Assembly: GCA_043228905.1 (NCBI GenBank)
Contig: JBHGNT010000004.1
Coordinates: forward strand, 24,118,001-24,182,000
Length of the DNA: 64,000 nucleotides
Direction of reading: 5' to 3'
From: Azolla caroliniana
Lineage: Eukaryota > Plantae > Polypodiophyta
Under the pieces are notes generated by a model. The model ran no database searches, had not been told where the DNA came from, and saw only the letters and a list, made by a program, of their open reading frames with translations. The position numbers were made by a program, and so were the translations under genes. Of this stretch, positions 1-13,319 are shown one piece after another (position 1 is the first letter of the stretch; every line of letters starts with the position of its first letter).

Positions 1-514
1 AGTTTTCGATCCCTAATTCTTAGCATAGCTTCTACATCTCAATTCAACTGATAAATCTTTAGATTGTGGCATTCTATCAATAAATTGGGAAAACCTGTAC
101 GTATTTCAATTCTAATAAGATCTGTTTTGCATTTAATATATATATATAAGCCCAATCTCTACCAAATGTTGTGAAAAGTTTTAGAATGAATATAACATAA
201 GACAATTGTTACTCGGAATTTCAACAATTTGGAAACAAGGAAACACAAATAGGAATGGGAACAAGAATGGACGATGCTCAAAATTTCAAATAATAGATAT
301 AGTGTCCCCTTCCATAAGGATCATTATAGAACATCATAATAGGAGAATGTTACATGAAAACTAACTTATAAGCAAAAACATGTTTAGTCATTCTATAACA
401 ATATTTTGTCACACAATATATCTTTCATTTTTGGATTGCTAGTACCTTGATTGTTTCTTTGTCTCTTTCTAGCTTATGGTGGTGAGAAATTATTCTTGAA
501 ATTGAGGAGCATGC

Positions 515-2081
515 TGTCGTGAAGATTTTCAGCAATGGTGTGAAAATCGCATAAAACATACGAAATCGAGTATGAATCATATAAAACAATAATAGTGAAA
601 ATACTATTTTAAATAAGTTTAATATCTCAGTACAAAAAGATGGAGGTCTTCAAGAGCTTTCGAATGCACTTTACTACATAAGAAACGAACATCTAAGTCT
701 CAAGTTATGTGGGTAGGAAGTTTGCAAAGGAAAAAAGAAAGATAAATTGTGAGATATCCCACATAGACAGGACAAATAAGGATCTCACCATATATAAGGC
801 AGAGCAAAAGCTTTCGTTGTGTGTATGTGAGGAGCACAAATGTTCCGGAGACTTGGGTAGTTGTAGAAAGCCAACGTGAGACCCAAGAGATGGACGATGG
901 TGATACCCACGTAGGACACTCCATCTAGAGACTTGGGCAGTTGTGTTGAGAACCAACGTGGGACCCAAGAGATAGATGGTAGGAAACGAATGTAAAATTG
1001 AAAGGTAAAAAATTAGAATGTAAAATTTGGGTGTCTATGTGAGGAGCACACATGTTTCGGAGACTTGGGCAGTTGCAGAAAGCCAACGTGAGACCCAGGA
1101 GATGGACGATGGCGATACCCATGTAGGACACTCCATCTTGAGACTTGGTTAGTTGCATTGAGAACTAACGTGGGACCCAAGAGATAGATGGTAAGTGAGA
1201 TGTATGAAAGGGGAGCGATGTATTAATCAAGAAATTAAAAGTAAGAAATTCATTATCAATTGGAGACTTGGTTAGTTGCGTTGAGAACTAACGTGGGACC
1301 CAAGAGATAGATGGTAAGTGTGATGTATGAAAGGGGAGCGATGTATTAATCAAGAAATTAAAAGTAAGAAATTCATTATCAATTGGAGACTTGGTTAGTT
1401 GCGTTGAGAACTAACGTGGGACCCAAGAGATAGATGGTAAGTGTGATGTATGAAAGGGGAGCGATGTATTAATCAAGAAATTAAAAGTAAGAAATTCATT
1501 ATCAATTGGAGACTTGGTTAGTTGCGTTGAGAACTAACGTGGGACCCAAGAGATAGATGGTAAGTGTGATGTATGAAAGGGGAGCGATGTATTAATCGAG
1601 AAATTAAAAGTAAGAAATTCATTATCAATTGGAGACTTGGTTAGTTGCGTTGAGAACTAACGTGGGACCCAAGAGATAGATGGTAAGTGTGATGTATGAA
1701 AGGGGAGCGATGTATTAATCGAGAAATTAAAAGTAAGAAATTCATTATCAATTGGAGACTTGGTTAGTTGCGTTGAGAACTAACGTGGGACCCAAAAGAT
1801 AGATGGTAAGTGTGATGTATGAAAGGGGAGCAATGTATTAATCAAGAAATTAAAAGTAAGAAATTTGTTATCCAATTGATGTATCAATTTTGTTCTTCAA
1901 ATGTTCAATCTTAATATCTCTCTCAATCTAAAGTCAAGCGTTCTATCTTATCTCAATCTCTCTCTTTCAATCTATCTTAATTCATTTCTCACTAAAGCTT
2001 GTGCAAACTTCGAGTCCTTCCGGTCTAGAACCCCGACGGTTCCGCCTCACGATCCGCACGTAGTGATGGATCTTCACGACA
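515..2081 (+). mobile_element. Solo LTR of a Phygy-like Ty3/Gypsy family (related to the LTRs at 7210 and 21939, opposite orientation)
   Basis: Starts TGTCGTGAAGA and ends TCTTCACGACA (inverted termini). Flanked by 4-bp TSD ATGC (511-514, 2082-2085). Both ends are reverse complements of the ends of LTR 7210-8310. No internal domain. Confidence 0.9.
1140..1877. repeat. 123-bp tandem repeat, 6 near-identical copies, inside the solo LTR
   Basis: Unit GAGACTTGGTTAGTTGCGTTGAGAACTAACGTGGGACCC... recurs at 1140, 1263, 1386, 1509, 1632 and 1755. Degenerate related units lie at ~848-1139. Confidence 0.95.
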
Positions 2082-3419
2082 ATGCTCATAGGTTGGCAAT
2101 GCATGAGCAAGATGAAGTAAATGTAGAATGTAGAGGTGGAAGACTAGAGGGAGGAACTAGGGTTACTACATATCTGTTTTTTTAGTTGTAACGCCGTTTA
2201 GAATTCTAGGAAAGTTAAGGAGATGCTTTGTCTCTATAAAAATAAATAATAGTACAATCCTTTGATTCTTTTACTTCTCTAAACATGTGTTTTATCACTC
2301 TATAAATTCATGTAGTTTGGTCTTTCTCACAATATTTACATCACTACTTCCTAATATTGCTATGCAAAGGTGGACTAATCAAGATATGTTCATCCCACCA
2401 TTGTGATAGATTCACTCCCTTTTTTGTGGTTTCTTCTCTCCTATGAAAGTGTGTCAAATTTGATTTCCTCTAAGTTCTCTTGTCATGATTCAAAATTCAC
2501 CTTGTGTTTATAAGAATCTATAAGGGCAATTTTGTTTACTTTGATATTCTATTTTTTAGCCCTTTTCAACTTAGCTCTATATTACCATTACAAAATATCC
2601 TGAAATGTTCCTACATAAGCAATATTATTCGTAACAATCTTTCCAATAAGATCCTAAACCTAATGTAGTTGGGGATTTTGAAAAGGTCCGATCCTTAGGA
2701 AATAGTTTTGGCCAAGGAGGTTCGGGATGGAATTCTTGGTAAAGAGGCACAAGACCTGGTCTTTGACACCTAAATCATAAGGTCACAAAGCATACACTTT
2801 ACCATTGTCGCATTACATATATTTAAATCACAAGTATTTTAATAAGGCAACTTGTCACAAATAAAAAGAAACAATGACATACTGTATGTGTTATGGGATT
2901 TGGTTCTAAGTAAGTAATGTCCTGGCCTAATGTACACGTGTGGTCTTTTTTATCATATAAAAGCAAATCCTAATGTACATTACATTTATTGACTTAGCTT
3001 GAGTTGGAACATTTTTCTTTTTAATCAAATACATTAGTTGGCACGTAGAATTACAAGACCGATTCAAAATCAATACAATATCAAACATGGGTGTTTTGGT
3101 AGTTGGCTCAACATGGTTGACTTGATTACAATTATTTAATATGCCAATCAAGGCAAATATTTGACGCTTGTCATGCCCGTCAAAAACATACACATAATAA
3201 AAATGCATGTCAAGTGACATATAAAGTTTAAATTTCCATTTTCATGTGAAAGGCCCCTACAAATTATATATGTCAAATGACATGCTAAAATTCTATTTTC
3301 CATGTCGTATATATTATATATACATATGTCACTTATTATAGATACTATAAAGTGTGTATACTTACTTCAATGACTATATTAGTTTTCCAGTTCAAGAATA
3401 ATATGAGTTGTGATATAGG

Positions 3420-3847
3420 TAACAATCGGCAACGGTTCGGTTCAGTTTGAGAGGGTCCAAACCGAGCCGTTTATTTTTTTTTAAACCTGAACCAAACCAC
3501 GAAACCGTTAAACCGAACCATTAAACATTTTTCAAACTGTTAAACCATTAAACTGTAAAAATTGCGGTTTTGTGGTTCGGTTTCGATTTTCAACATAGGT
3601 CAAATTTTTAATATTTCATTTAATTTTTTTTTTTTAAATTTTAAAGATGTTCATAAAATGTGAGAATAAGGTCTAAAAATGAAAATATTGTTTTAAAACA
3701 AAATTTTAAATTTTTTAGAATTTAAAAAATAAAAAATAAAAAATTGTTAAACCGTTTAAACTGCGGTTTTGGACTGTTGAAACCGAACCGAACCGTTGAA
3801 ACCGTTCAGTCGTTAAACCACGGTTTAGTAGTTTGGTTTGGTTGTTA
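3420..3847. mobile_element. Non-autonomous hAT-like MITE
   Basis: 8-bp TSD GATATAGG (3412-3419, 3848-3855). Short inverted ends TAACAA/TTGTTA, AACCG/CGGTT subterminal repeats and an AT-rich core. A second family copy lies at 36818. Confidence 0.8.
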
Positions 3848-3915
3848 GATATAGGTAGAATATTTTCTTCTCAAAACATCATGAAGAGTTATGCATTCAA
3901 TTTTTATTGAGTTAA

Positions 3916-5297
3916 ATGTATCAAGGATGCATCTAATCAACTACTAGGATCACTTAAGGGGTTGTCATGGGGATACATTGCAGAAGGTCCAGGAAAAAGT
4001 ATAGAATGTTGGCGAAGGTTTATGTCCCTGCCAATACAAGATCAGGTGAACATACTCCATGGAATCAGGGGCGGATGGACTATGAGATCAGAAATAATTA
4101 ACGCTCTACTGATTAGGGAATCTTCTACTCAAAGGACGACAATGGAGAAATGGATAGGCCACGAGGAGGAGGGATCTCTGATCCCAAGAGCTAGGGGATC
4201 ACCAGACAGGCTCGAAGGCTCTGAATTGCGTGACACTGAGACACCAACACAAAATAACGCAATTTGAGTACTCGCGTATACTGGTCATAAATGGATTGTA
4301 GATCCTGATCCGATCAAAGTACAACCCGATTGGCATATATGTACTCATGAGAACACATGGCTATGTAAGGTTAGTTGGAACCCTTTGCAATGGACATGGT
4401 GTGATCCCTACGCGGGGCAAGGAAGCAAACCCATCTCTTTCTTCCAATTCACAACTAGATTGGGTCGCCACATTCTAGCTGCTCAAACCGCCCGAGAGCC
4501 GGTTGCGGCAAAGGTCTGGCACACATTTCAAGTTCCTCACACAATAATCACCACGTTTTGGTAGAAAATCTGGAAATAACAACTTGCGAGGCGAATTACC
4601 ATGTTCGAATGGCTATTAATACATAAGTCACTACCAATGGGAACATGGCAACGTGGGAACCTTAGCTCTCCTAATTGTGTCGAGTGCCAACATGCAGTAG
4701 AATCAATACGACACACTCTGTGGGACTGCCCAACGTCTCATCGAATATGGTGGGGGGTTGGCCGCTTGTTGCAATTATGCCAGGTGCAAGGCTCAATCAA
4801 GTGGGGGAATATCTGTTGGCTATCATGGCAGACCCGAGTTGGCAGGTACGAGCATCAGGAGGAGGGGATGACTTTGGTGATAAAAGCACAAGAGGTCCTT
4901 TTCTCCTCCAGCGGCAATGTCCACTCCACTCCTCTTAATGAAAAATCTCAAGAGGTGTTGGAATTGATCAACCTAATAACTCTTTGGATTCTATGGAAAC
5001 AACGGTGTAGACGAGCCTTCTCCAACCAAACCGCGCATCCAACAAGGTTACTACAAGAGATATGGAGTGAAACTGTAGCCACTCTGAAGAGCCAATATGA
5101 TGGCCTTAAGGGCGACTCCGATGGAGTGGAAAGACAACGAATAGCCTTCATCCAACAATGGTCATCCTCTCCCTTTCTTGAGTCAGTGGGCATCCACATA
5201 AGATGGAATTATCGCGTCTCTACAGGGATTTATACATAATCTTTGTAAAAATTTATAACTAATGGAAGGAGTTTTTTTTTGGAAAAAAATAATTATT
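3916..5297 (+). mobile_element. 5'-truncated L1-like LINE (ORF2 C-terminus with zf-RVT-type zinc finger), degenerate
   Basis: Translation ...WLLIHKSLP...CVEC...ESIRHTLWDC...LWILWKQRCRRAF, with in-frame stops and an A-rich 3' end. Candidate 15-bp TSD TTTTTATTGAGTTAA (3901-3915, 5298-5312). Confidence 0.8.
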
Positions 5298-6276
5298 TTT
5301 TTATTGAGTTAAGGAGACATATTGGAATCAATATAGAATTAGAACTTGTATTGAAACTCTCAAACTTTCTTGTCGAACTTTGGGAAAATTGACATCAATT
5401 TCCTTTGAATGTCCAATCTTGTGGAAAGAACCTCAAATTTTATATTAAGAAGATCTCGTGGCTAATACACAAATTTTATACGTACATTTCTCCATACGAA
5501 CATAAAAAATACAAGGTAGCATGTTTTACAACGAACTAGAGAACATGAAGCAAGAAGCCCCACATGCAAGTTGAGTAATTAGTTAATATTAATGGATGTG
5601 ACAATCAAGTATGAAGAGTTGGTATTCCATGGAAGGATTAGATCGTGAAGACTCGATATCACTATGTGATCTGGATGCCATGTCGAATAAAGTATCATTT
5701 TAGTGTTTGATATCTTGCGGTTTAGTGAATTTTGTCTCATCATCAATTGTTATTGACCACTTTAAGGGTTGATGTATCAAGAACGATTAACACTTAAACA
5801 AATGATAATTGGCAGTACTCAAAGGTTTGGCTGCTCAAGCACACTCTTGGTTTCACAATTCCAAGCACATACATAATGGCCTCAATAAACAAATTTGCTA
5901 CACCAATACTCCTTTCAGCTTTTATAGACATGCTCCAATTCCATGCCTACCATCACAATTGTAATGCACATGCAATATCTTAGAAAAAAAAACAACCTTC
6001 CACTCTAATCTTTAGTTAGCTATGTAAAGTGTGCAAACATGCATTGCCTTGATGTAAAATAGTTACAACATCACAAATCTTGCCAATTGAGAAATGTAAA
6101 TCCAAATCTGACACGCAATCATGCATTATATAAAATAATGACATTGACTACTATCTTCCACTTGAACAATATAAGAGAATTGATTGTCCATAACTCTTTA
6201 AATCTAATTCCAAAGGTAAACCCCCAATCAATATTCTCAAAATGAAGACATTTGCTATAAATGACAATTTAGAATT

Positions 6277-7209
6277 ATGTCACTGCCACTACAAGATCAA
6301 GCCAACATACTCCATGGAATCAGGGGCAGATGGACTATGAGATCGGAAATCATTAACGCTCTACTGATTAGGGAATCTGCTACTCAAAGGACGAAAATGG
6401 AGAAATGGATAGGCTACGAGCAGGAGGGATCTCTGATCTCGAGAGGTAGGGGAACACCAGACAAGATCGAAGGCTCTGAATTGCAAGACACTGAGACACC
6501 AACACAAAATAACGCAATTCGAGTACTCGTGTATACTGGTCATAAATGGATTGTAGATCTTGATCCAATCAAAGTACAACCCGATTGGCACATATGTACT
6601 CATGAAAACACATGGCTACGTAAGGTCAGTTGGGACCCTTTGCAATGGACATGGCGTGATCCTTACGTAGGGCAAGGAAGCAAACCCATCCCTTTCTTCC
6701 AATTCACAACTAGATTGGGTCGCCACATTCTAGTTGCTCAAACCACTCGAGAGCCGACTGCTGCAAATGTCTGGCACACATTTCAAGTTCCTCACACAAT
6801 TATCACTAAGTTTTGGCAGAAAATCTGGAAACAACAACACGCGAGGCGAATTACCACGTTCCAATGGCTATTAATACATAAGTTACTACCAGTGGGAGCC
6901 TGGCAACGTGGGAACCTTAGCTCTCCTAATTGTGTAGAGTGCCCAAATGTACTAGAATCAATACGACACGCTCCGTGGGACTGCTCGACGTCCCATTGAA
7001 TATGGAGGGGGGTTGGTTGCTTGTTGCAATTATGCCAAGTGCAAGGCTCAGTCAAGCATCAAGAGGAGGGGATGACTTTGGTGATAAAAGCACAAGAGTT
7101 TTTTTTCTCCACCATTGGGAATGTCTACTCAATTCCTCTTAATGACAAATCTCAAGTTGTGTTGGAATTGGTCAGCCCAATAACTCTTTGGATTCTATGG
7201 AAACAACGG
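6277..7209 (+). mobile_element. Second copy of the same LINE, 5' portion (interrupted by Gypsy)
   Basis: Collinear with ~4022-5005. Breaks at AAACAACGG, where the Gypsy LTR starts. Confidence 0.85.
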
Positions 7210-8310
7210 TGTCGTGAAGATCCGTCACTACGCGCGGATCGTGAGGTGGAACTGCCGGGGTTCTGGACCGGAAGGATTCAAAGTCGGTACAAGCTTTGGC
7301 GAGAAAGTACTTAAGATAGATTGGGAAAGAGAGAAGTTGAGATTAAACGATTGAGAGAGATTGATTGAACTTTTATCTTTGGATTTAAGAAACAAGTTAC
7401 ACCATCAATTTGTTAATGAATTTCTTCTTCTTAATTTCATAAAAAAAAACGTGTTTTTTCTCCTCCCCCTTCCTTCTTTTATAGATGCTCTCATGCATAT
7501 GATGCATGTGAGGGTACAAGACATGCATAAAATGCATGTTTGCCATTTGGCGCTTATGTATTACATGTGGTGCATGATAACCATGTCACTCATTTTAGCT
7601 CTCATGTATGAGAATTTACATGTAAAAGTACAATGATAGAAATATAAATTCATTTAAATGTCATGGCTTAATGGTAAGCCAATTGACTCCTAACTCGGAG
7701 GTGCAAGGTTCGAATCCTTACTTGCCCTCCTTGTAAATATATTTATTTATTTATCTAGTCACCGGACGCCGGTTCGTCAGATGCCGTCGGTTACCGGTGC
7801 CTTGCTGGATGCTGTCGCCGGTTGCCGCCGGATACCGGTGCCCCGCCGGATGCCATCATCTCACCGACGCCGGATACCGGTTTGCTGTCGGATGCCGCCG
7901 GATCATCGGCTCCATCGTCGGTCCGGTTTTGGTTGGCCAAAACCCTTTACGATTAGCTAGCCCACCTCCACTCTTAGTTCAAGTTACCTTAAACTCTCTA
8001 TGCTCCACACATAGACACAAAGATAATATCTTTTGCTCTACCTTATATATGATGAGAGCCGTATTTGTCGTGCCTATGTGGGATATCTCACAATTTTCTC
8101 TTTTCCTTTCACAAACTTTATACCCTCATATCTTGACATTTAGTTGTCCGTTTCTCGTGTAATAAAGTGCATTCGAAACCTCCATCATTTTGTACTTAGA
8201 TATTAAATTTATTTAAAATGTTATCTTCACAATTATTGTATTATGTGATTCATACTTGATTTCGTACGTTTTATGGGATTTTCACACTATTGCCGAAAAT
8301 CTTCACAACA
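7210..8310 (-). repeat. 3' LTR of Gypsy (1101 bp)
   Basis: Direct repeat of 21939-22969. Adjacent PPT reads GGTGGGGGTGGA on the minus strand (8311-8322). Confidence 0.95.
7657..7727 (+). other. tRNA-like (Pol III A-box/B-box) module embedded in LTR; not a functional tRNA
   Basis: TGGCTTAATGGTAAGC gives an A-box with D-stem GCTT/AAGC, followed by a CTCCTAA loop. AAGGTTCGAATCCTT gives a B-box and T-arm. The acceptor stem does not pair. Confidence 0.6.
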
Positions 8311-8658
8311 TCCACCCCCACCAAACCGCACGTCCTCTGGTACGTGCCAAGAAGAGAGAAAGTGAGATTTCGGCTACGATGATCAATTAGATTCCTCCAT
8401 GTCTTCATTTACATCCGCCCTATTATGTTCATCGTCGAAGTAATCGAGGTCAGGATCCTTGTCTTGTCTTCACACTATTGCCGAAAATCTTCACGACATC
8501 CACCCCCACCAAACCGCACGTCCTCCAGTACGTGCCAAGAAGAGAGAAAGTGAGATTTCGGCTACGATGATCAATTAGATTCCTCCATGTCTTCATTTAC
8601 ATCCGCCCTATTATGTTCATCGTCGAAGTAATCGAGGTCAGGATCCTTGTCTTGTCTT
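8283..8658. repeat. 188-bp tandem duplication covering the LTR inner end, PPT and integrase 3' end
   Basis: CACACTATTGCCGAAAATCTTCAC(A/G)ACATCCACCCCCACC... occurs at 8283 and 8471. Confidence 0.9.
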
Positions 8659-11600
8659 TTCTTGAAAATCTTTACTCTTTTTCCCGCAATGGGTACGGCC
8701 AACCTTGATCCGTCTAGTTCCGCAAGGTGGTATGTGGCATTATCGTTGGCACTTGTCACTACATACGGCCCAAACCATCTTCTTGCGAACTTCCTTGTTG
8801 TACTGTGTTGATTGTCAAGGGTGCTGTCGTAAACCAGAACCCAATCCCCTTCTTCAATCTTCTTGGGACGAAGTCGATGCGTGTTGTCGAACCGAACTTT
8901 GTTCTTTACTCGGGCTGCCTTCATCATCTTTCGCGCTTTTTATAGATCTTCAGGTCTTCTTTCAAGTTGCCTTATCCGCGCCACTAATAACTCTTCTCGG
9001 CTCATCTCGTTCTCCCACGGTATCGCTACCCATGAGGCGATCGTCCTTTCGATGGGCATAATCGGCTTTTGTCCATACATAAGCTCCGTCGGCATATACC
9101 CTGTCACCGAGCTATGTGTCGTTCTATTGGCCCACAAGGCATAGGGTAATAGTCGTGGCCAATTCCCGACTCGACCGTTGCATGCCCGTACGATGGCTTT
9201 AACGATAGGTCCATGCCCTCGCTCGATCTTCCCATTTGCTTCCGGATTGTAGGCAGTTGTGAGGGAGAGCTTCACGCCTAGTCTTTCGAAGAGCTCCGTC
9301 GCTTCGTGCGCGTCCAACTCCCCTCGGTCGGCCACTATCTTCCCTACACATCCATATCGGCAAACAACATCTTCAAGTAGAAATTTGCAAACGGTTGAAG
9401 TCGTCTTATTTGTCAAGGCTCGTCCTTCCACTTGATTTGTCAAGTCTTCCCTTGCCAGCGCTAAGTACTTCATTTGTACCACTCCCATTGGCATCGAGAC
9501 CAGATCCACCATCCATTTGAAGTGTATGGTGAGTGGGTATGTCGGCTTTAACTCATCACGATGACGTATATTTGAATATACTTGGCAAGTTTCGCATGTG
9601 GACACGAAATGGAGTACATCTTTGTACATGCTTTGCCACTAGTACTTCTCCTTCAACTTTTCGAACGTCGCCCATGTTCCTCTATGACCTGCCCAAGCAC
9701 TCTCATGGAATTCGGTCATCAGCGTCTCTTGCTCTTCTTTCTTTACCACCACTCGACGTGGTATTCCTGTCCTTCTTTTTGGATGTCGCCAAAGGAATCC
9801 TCCCTTCAAGAAGTATCGGTAAGCTTTCTTTCGGATTCGTAGGGCCTCCTCCTTTGTCAACGAAGCATCTGTCGTCAATGTTCTTAGGAATCTACCGATG
9901 AGTAACCACTCTCCTTCGTACTCGTTCTCGTGGAAGGCGTGGAGGGTTTGCGTGTCCTGGTCTTCAGCTGACAATCGAGCCATCTTGAAGAAGTCGAGGG
10001 CGACATCTTCATCTTCCAAAACCATGTTACTTCCATTTGAAAATCTTGCCCTCGACAGCATGTCAGCCATGGCGTTCTTCTTCCCTGCAATGTGACGGAT
10101 CTCTGGGTTTAAAGACTTGATGTAGGCAATCCACCTTAGCATAGCAAGATCTGGGGTCGCACATCCAGAGACCATTCTGAGAATTGGGAGACAATCTGTC
10201 TCTATTATCACTTCTAACCCGATCAGGTAATCTTTGTCCGTCTTCACTGCCGACACAATACCCCAAAGTTCCCGCTTGACTTGGGCATATCTTTGTTGCC
10301 GTTCGCTGAGAACCTTTGCTCCAAAACGAACAGCATATCGCGCATTATCTTCACCTTCTTGATTGATGACCCACCCGATTCCGGTTGGGCTCGTATCTAC
10401 GGTCACGTAAATTGGTTTCCCTTCGGCATAGTCGGCCTTCCTTAGTGCCGGAGCTTCAAGAAGCAGTTTCTTTAATCTTCGCATCGCCTTTGTGTGCTCG
10501 TCTCGACATTCAAACTTTATTCTTTTCTTTAGTAGTCCATATAACGGTTCGGTGACATGAGCGTAGTGAGGAATCCATATATGATAAAACGTGCACGCTC
10601 CAAGGAACCTTCGAACCTCCGTTTGGTTTACGCATTCTTCTTTCATGTCTTGGATTGCGTTCACTTTGGATGGCGAGGGCTTCTGGCCGGATGCTCCACA
10701 CAAGTGACCTACCACCAAGATCTCTGGTTGCCCGAATGCGGATTTTTCTCCCGAAAATGTCAAATTCGCATCTTCAAACCTTTGAAGCACCTTCTCGCAA
10801 TCTTTCATATGATCCGCAACAAACTTTCTACAACCTTCCTTATCTTTCAATTCATCTTTCTCCTCATCCGAACATCCTTTTATCGGAATATCATCAAAGA
10901 ATGGCATCGTGATGTCCGGAATGCAATCCTTCAAGACTTTATTCATGGCATTCACCATATGAGCCACCGAGTTCGTTGCGCCTTGGGGTAAGGTACACAT
11001 CCGCACAAGCCCGATCGGAGTCCTCATGGTTGTAATGTCCCGACTGTCGATCGCCAATTGGAATTGGTCATATCCGGAGTAGAGATCGCCAATGGAGTAG
11101 ATGGACCAGCCCGCAAACGCTTCGGCAAATTCGTCCACGCTCGGACCGATTCCGGCATTTCGAATTGTCACCTTGTTGACGGGTTGAAGATCTTGGATGA
11201 ATCGCAATGATCCATTCTTGTTCGCAATGATCCATTCTTGTTCGGCACCGTGAACCACCTATTGGAATAAGGAGCATTCGACGGTTCTAGAATTCCCATA
11301 CTCACCTTCTCTTTTAAGAGCTCGATCAGCTTCGGAAGGTGTGCTCTCGGAACCAGTATCAGTTTCAAATTCCAAGGCACATGAGGCACCGTGAAGATCA
11401 CCATCGGCTCTATAACCTTTGGGTCGGCGCATTCGATTTCTCGTGGGAAGAATGGGAAAGCCTTCCCATGTCTCTCAAGCATATCGCGAAACATTCGCTC
11501 CTCTTCAGGGAGAAGGAAATCCTCCTTTCCGACTTGTAGCTTCCCCTTTGTCTCTTTGGTGAAGACATGACCTATCTTCTTCGGATCTCTTAAGCTTGGA

Positions 11601-13282
11601 TCGTTAGCGACTTCCTTCATCTTTTGCCAACTATCTTCCGGTAGCGGAACCGCAACTGGCTTGATCTTCTTATCCACCGTTTTATATTTCGTGTTGATGT
11701 CAGCTTCCTTCATCGAGATGCCACGACGGTATTCATCGATGATAGCGTACATGTTGACGGAGTTAACCAAAATCACGCGTTGGTTGTGAAGATAGCTCAA
11801 GTCCACGACGTCCTCGATTTCGCCGATGGTGTCGTTAAATGAGGCTTCTTCCATAATATGAGTCAGGAACTCTCCTTCTTCTATTATGTTTTCTTCTTTC
11901 AGCATCTTCTCGAATTCTTGTATGAGGCGCTTGTGCTTCTTGTCGGGTAGTACTAGTTTACATGCGCCACTAGGTGTGACACATGTTGCTTCTCCTTTCA
12001 ATCCACGCACTCTTCTTTCTTGTGGGGTCTTGTGATTGCTCAGACTATTTGTGCCCCATGCTTCAATAGTCCGCTCTAAAAATCCGAGGATTCGCCTCCG
12101 AGACTATCTCGATTCCTTTCATGATTGGCTCGCACCGTTAGGAATTGGACCGATCTTTGGTTGTCAAGACTCTTTATTCGTGCGAAGGCTGCTCCATTAT
12201 CGAACACTTTGGTCTCCATCCGAGATGATGTGATATAAGGTTGCCCTAGGATGACAGGATGTGACGCCGATTCTTGTACGAAGAAGTGTTGATCCATCTC
12301 CACATCCCCGATCGTGACTTTGACATTGGGACAAGCTCCGTACAAATCCTCCGTAGACTTTGTTGCCGCGCGAATCTTCCATCCGTGGTTTGTATTGATT
12401 GGCCATCTTCTTTTTTTGTAGAAGTCGGTTGACATGAGGTTGATCTCCGAGCCGTGGTCGATCAAGGCTACCACGGTCTCTTTCTTCTCCCCGATCTTCA
12501 CCGGCGTCTCCGTTGTCGCTCATGCCCAATGAGGTCGAGTGTAGTGGCTGTCCACCATATCTTCATCGATTTCGTCTCTTGCCATCGTTATGGCATTCGT
12601 TTTTGCTCTTTGCGGATTCTCTTCTTCCTCGTCCGATTGTTGTCTCTTTCTCTTTACAAGGTCCACGATCGTGTCATGGAACTCCTTCGTAATGCCAAGC
12701 AATTCCCTCAAGGACAAAGTTACGTGGCTATCAAGAACTCGTTCTTCGATAATCTTCTTTAGGTCCGTCGTCTGCTCTATGTCTGACCTTAGCTTATAGG
12801 TAGGTATGGTCCTTGTCCTCCGAGCGGGGTCTTCGACACCAACCTGCACGGGCCGAACCGTTTCTTCAACTCGTATGCTCGGCTCCCCTTTTCGGCTTGA
12901 TTCTCGTTCCTCCATTTGTAAAGGTCGACTCGTCTCCGCATCATCCTTCTTTTTCGCGTTCCATGTTTCATGTCTTTTTGATGGCCCTTGCTCTTCTATT
13001 CTCTTTCTCTTTTCTTCGACGAACACCTCGTGGTTGTCGCACATCACCTTTGCGAGTATGGTGTTGTCATCCACTGGATCCGACCACCCGGTTATGCTTT
13101 GCACACTTCGGTTCGCAAGCTCTACCTCGTTCGATGTGATTTTTCCCTTCTTCTCATATTCGAGAACGGAAGTTCAAAACTTTGCTCCCGCTCTAGCAGC
13201 TTCAGTCTTGTCTTTCCCGACTCTTATTCCGGCCGACGCAGCATAGTGCATCGCATCCACATGAGTCGCATCGGCATCCTCC
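8571..13282 (-). pseudogene. Gypsy gag C-terminus, protease, RT, RNase H and integrase, disrupted
   Basis: Protease ALIDHGSEINL, RT LPQGATNS...PFFDD, RNaseH VDTS...ELWG...ETDC, integrase H-H-C-C and D,D,E (DLV, DRGE, KIERGH). Contains stops and a 20-bp duplication frameshift at ~11202-11241. Confidence 0.92.
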
Positions 13283-13319
13283 AACACCGGGTCATTTGAA
13301 ATAGGTAATATGTCGCATT
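13283..13319 (+). repeat. Left TIR (37 bp)
   Basis: Reverse complement of 20842-20878 with 2 mismatches. Confidence 0.93.

Noticed and set aside
848-1877. CRISPR-like array
   Set aside because: Units are repeated over their whole length with no unique spacers, there are no cas genes, and the array lies inside a eukaryotic LTR.
7657-7727. Functional tRNA-Arg(CCT) gene
   Set aside because: The acceptor stem does not pair, the anticodon stem is weak, and it is part of an LTR. Reported only as tRNA-like.
13278-13290. Alternative 5- or 6-bp TSD (CTCCA or CCTCCA/TCTCCA)
   Set aside because: These need asymmetric termini or a mismatch. AACAC...GTGTT with CTCC gives symmetric TIRs and restores the gag frame.
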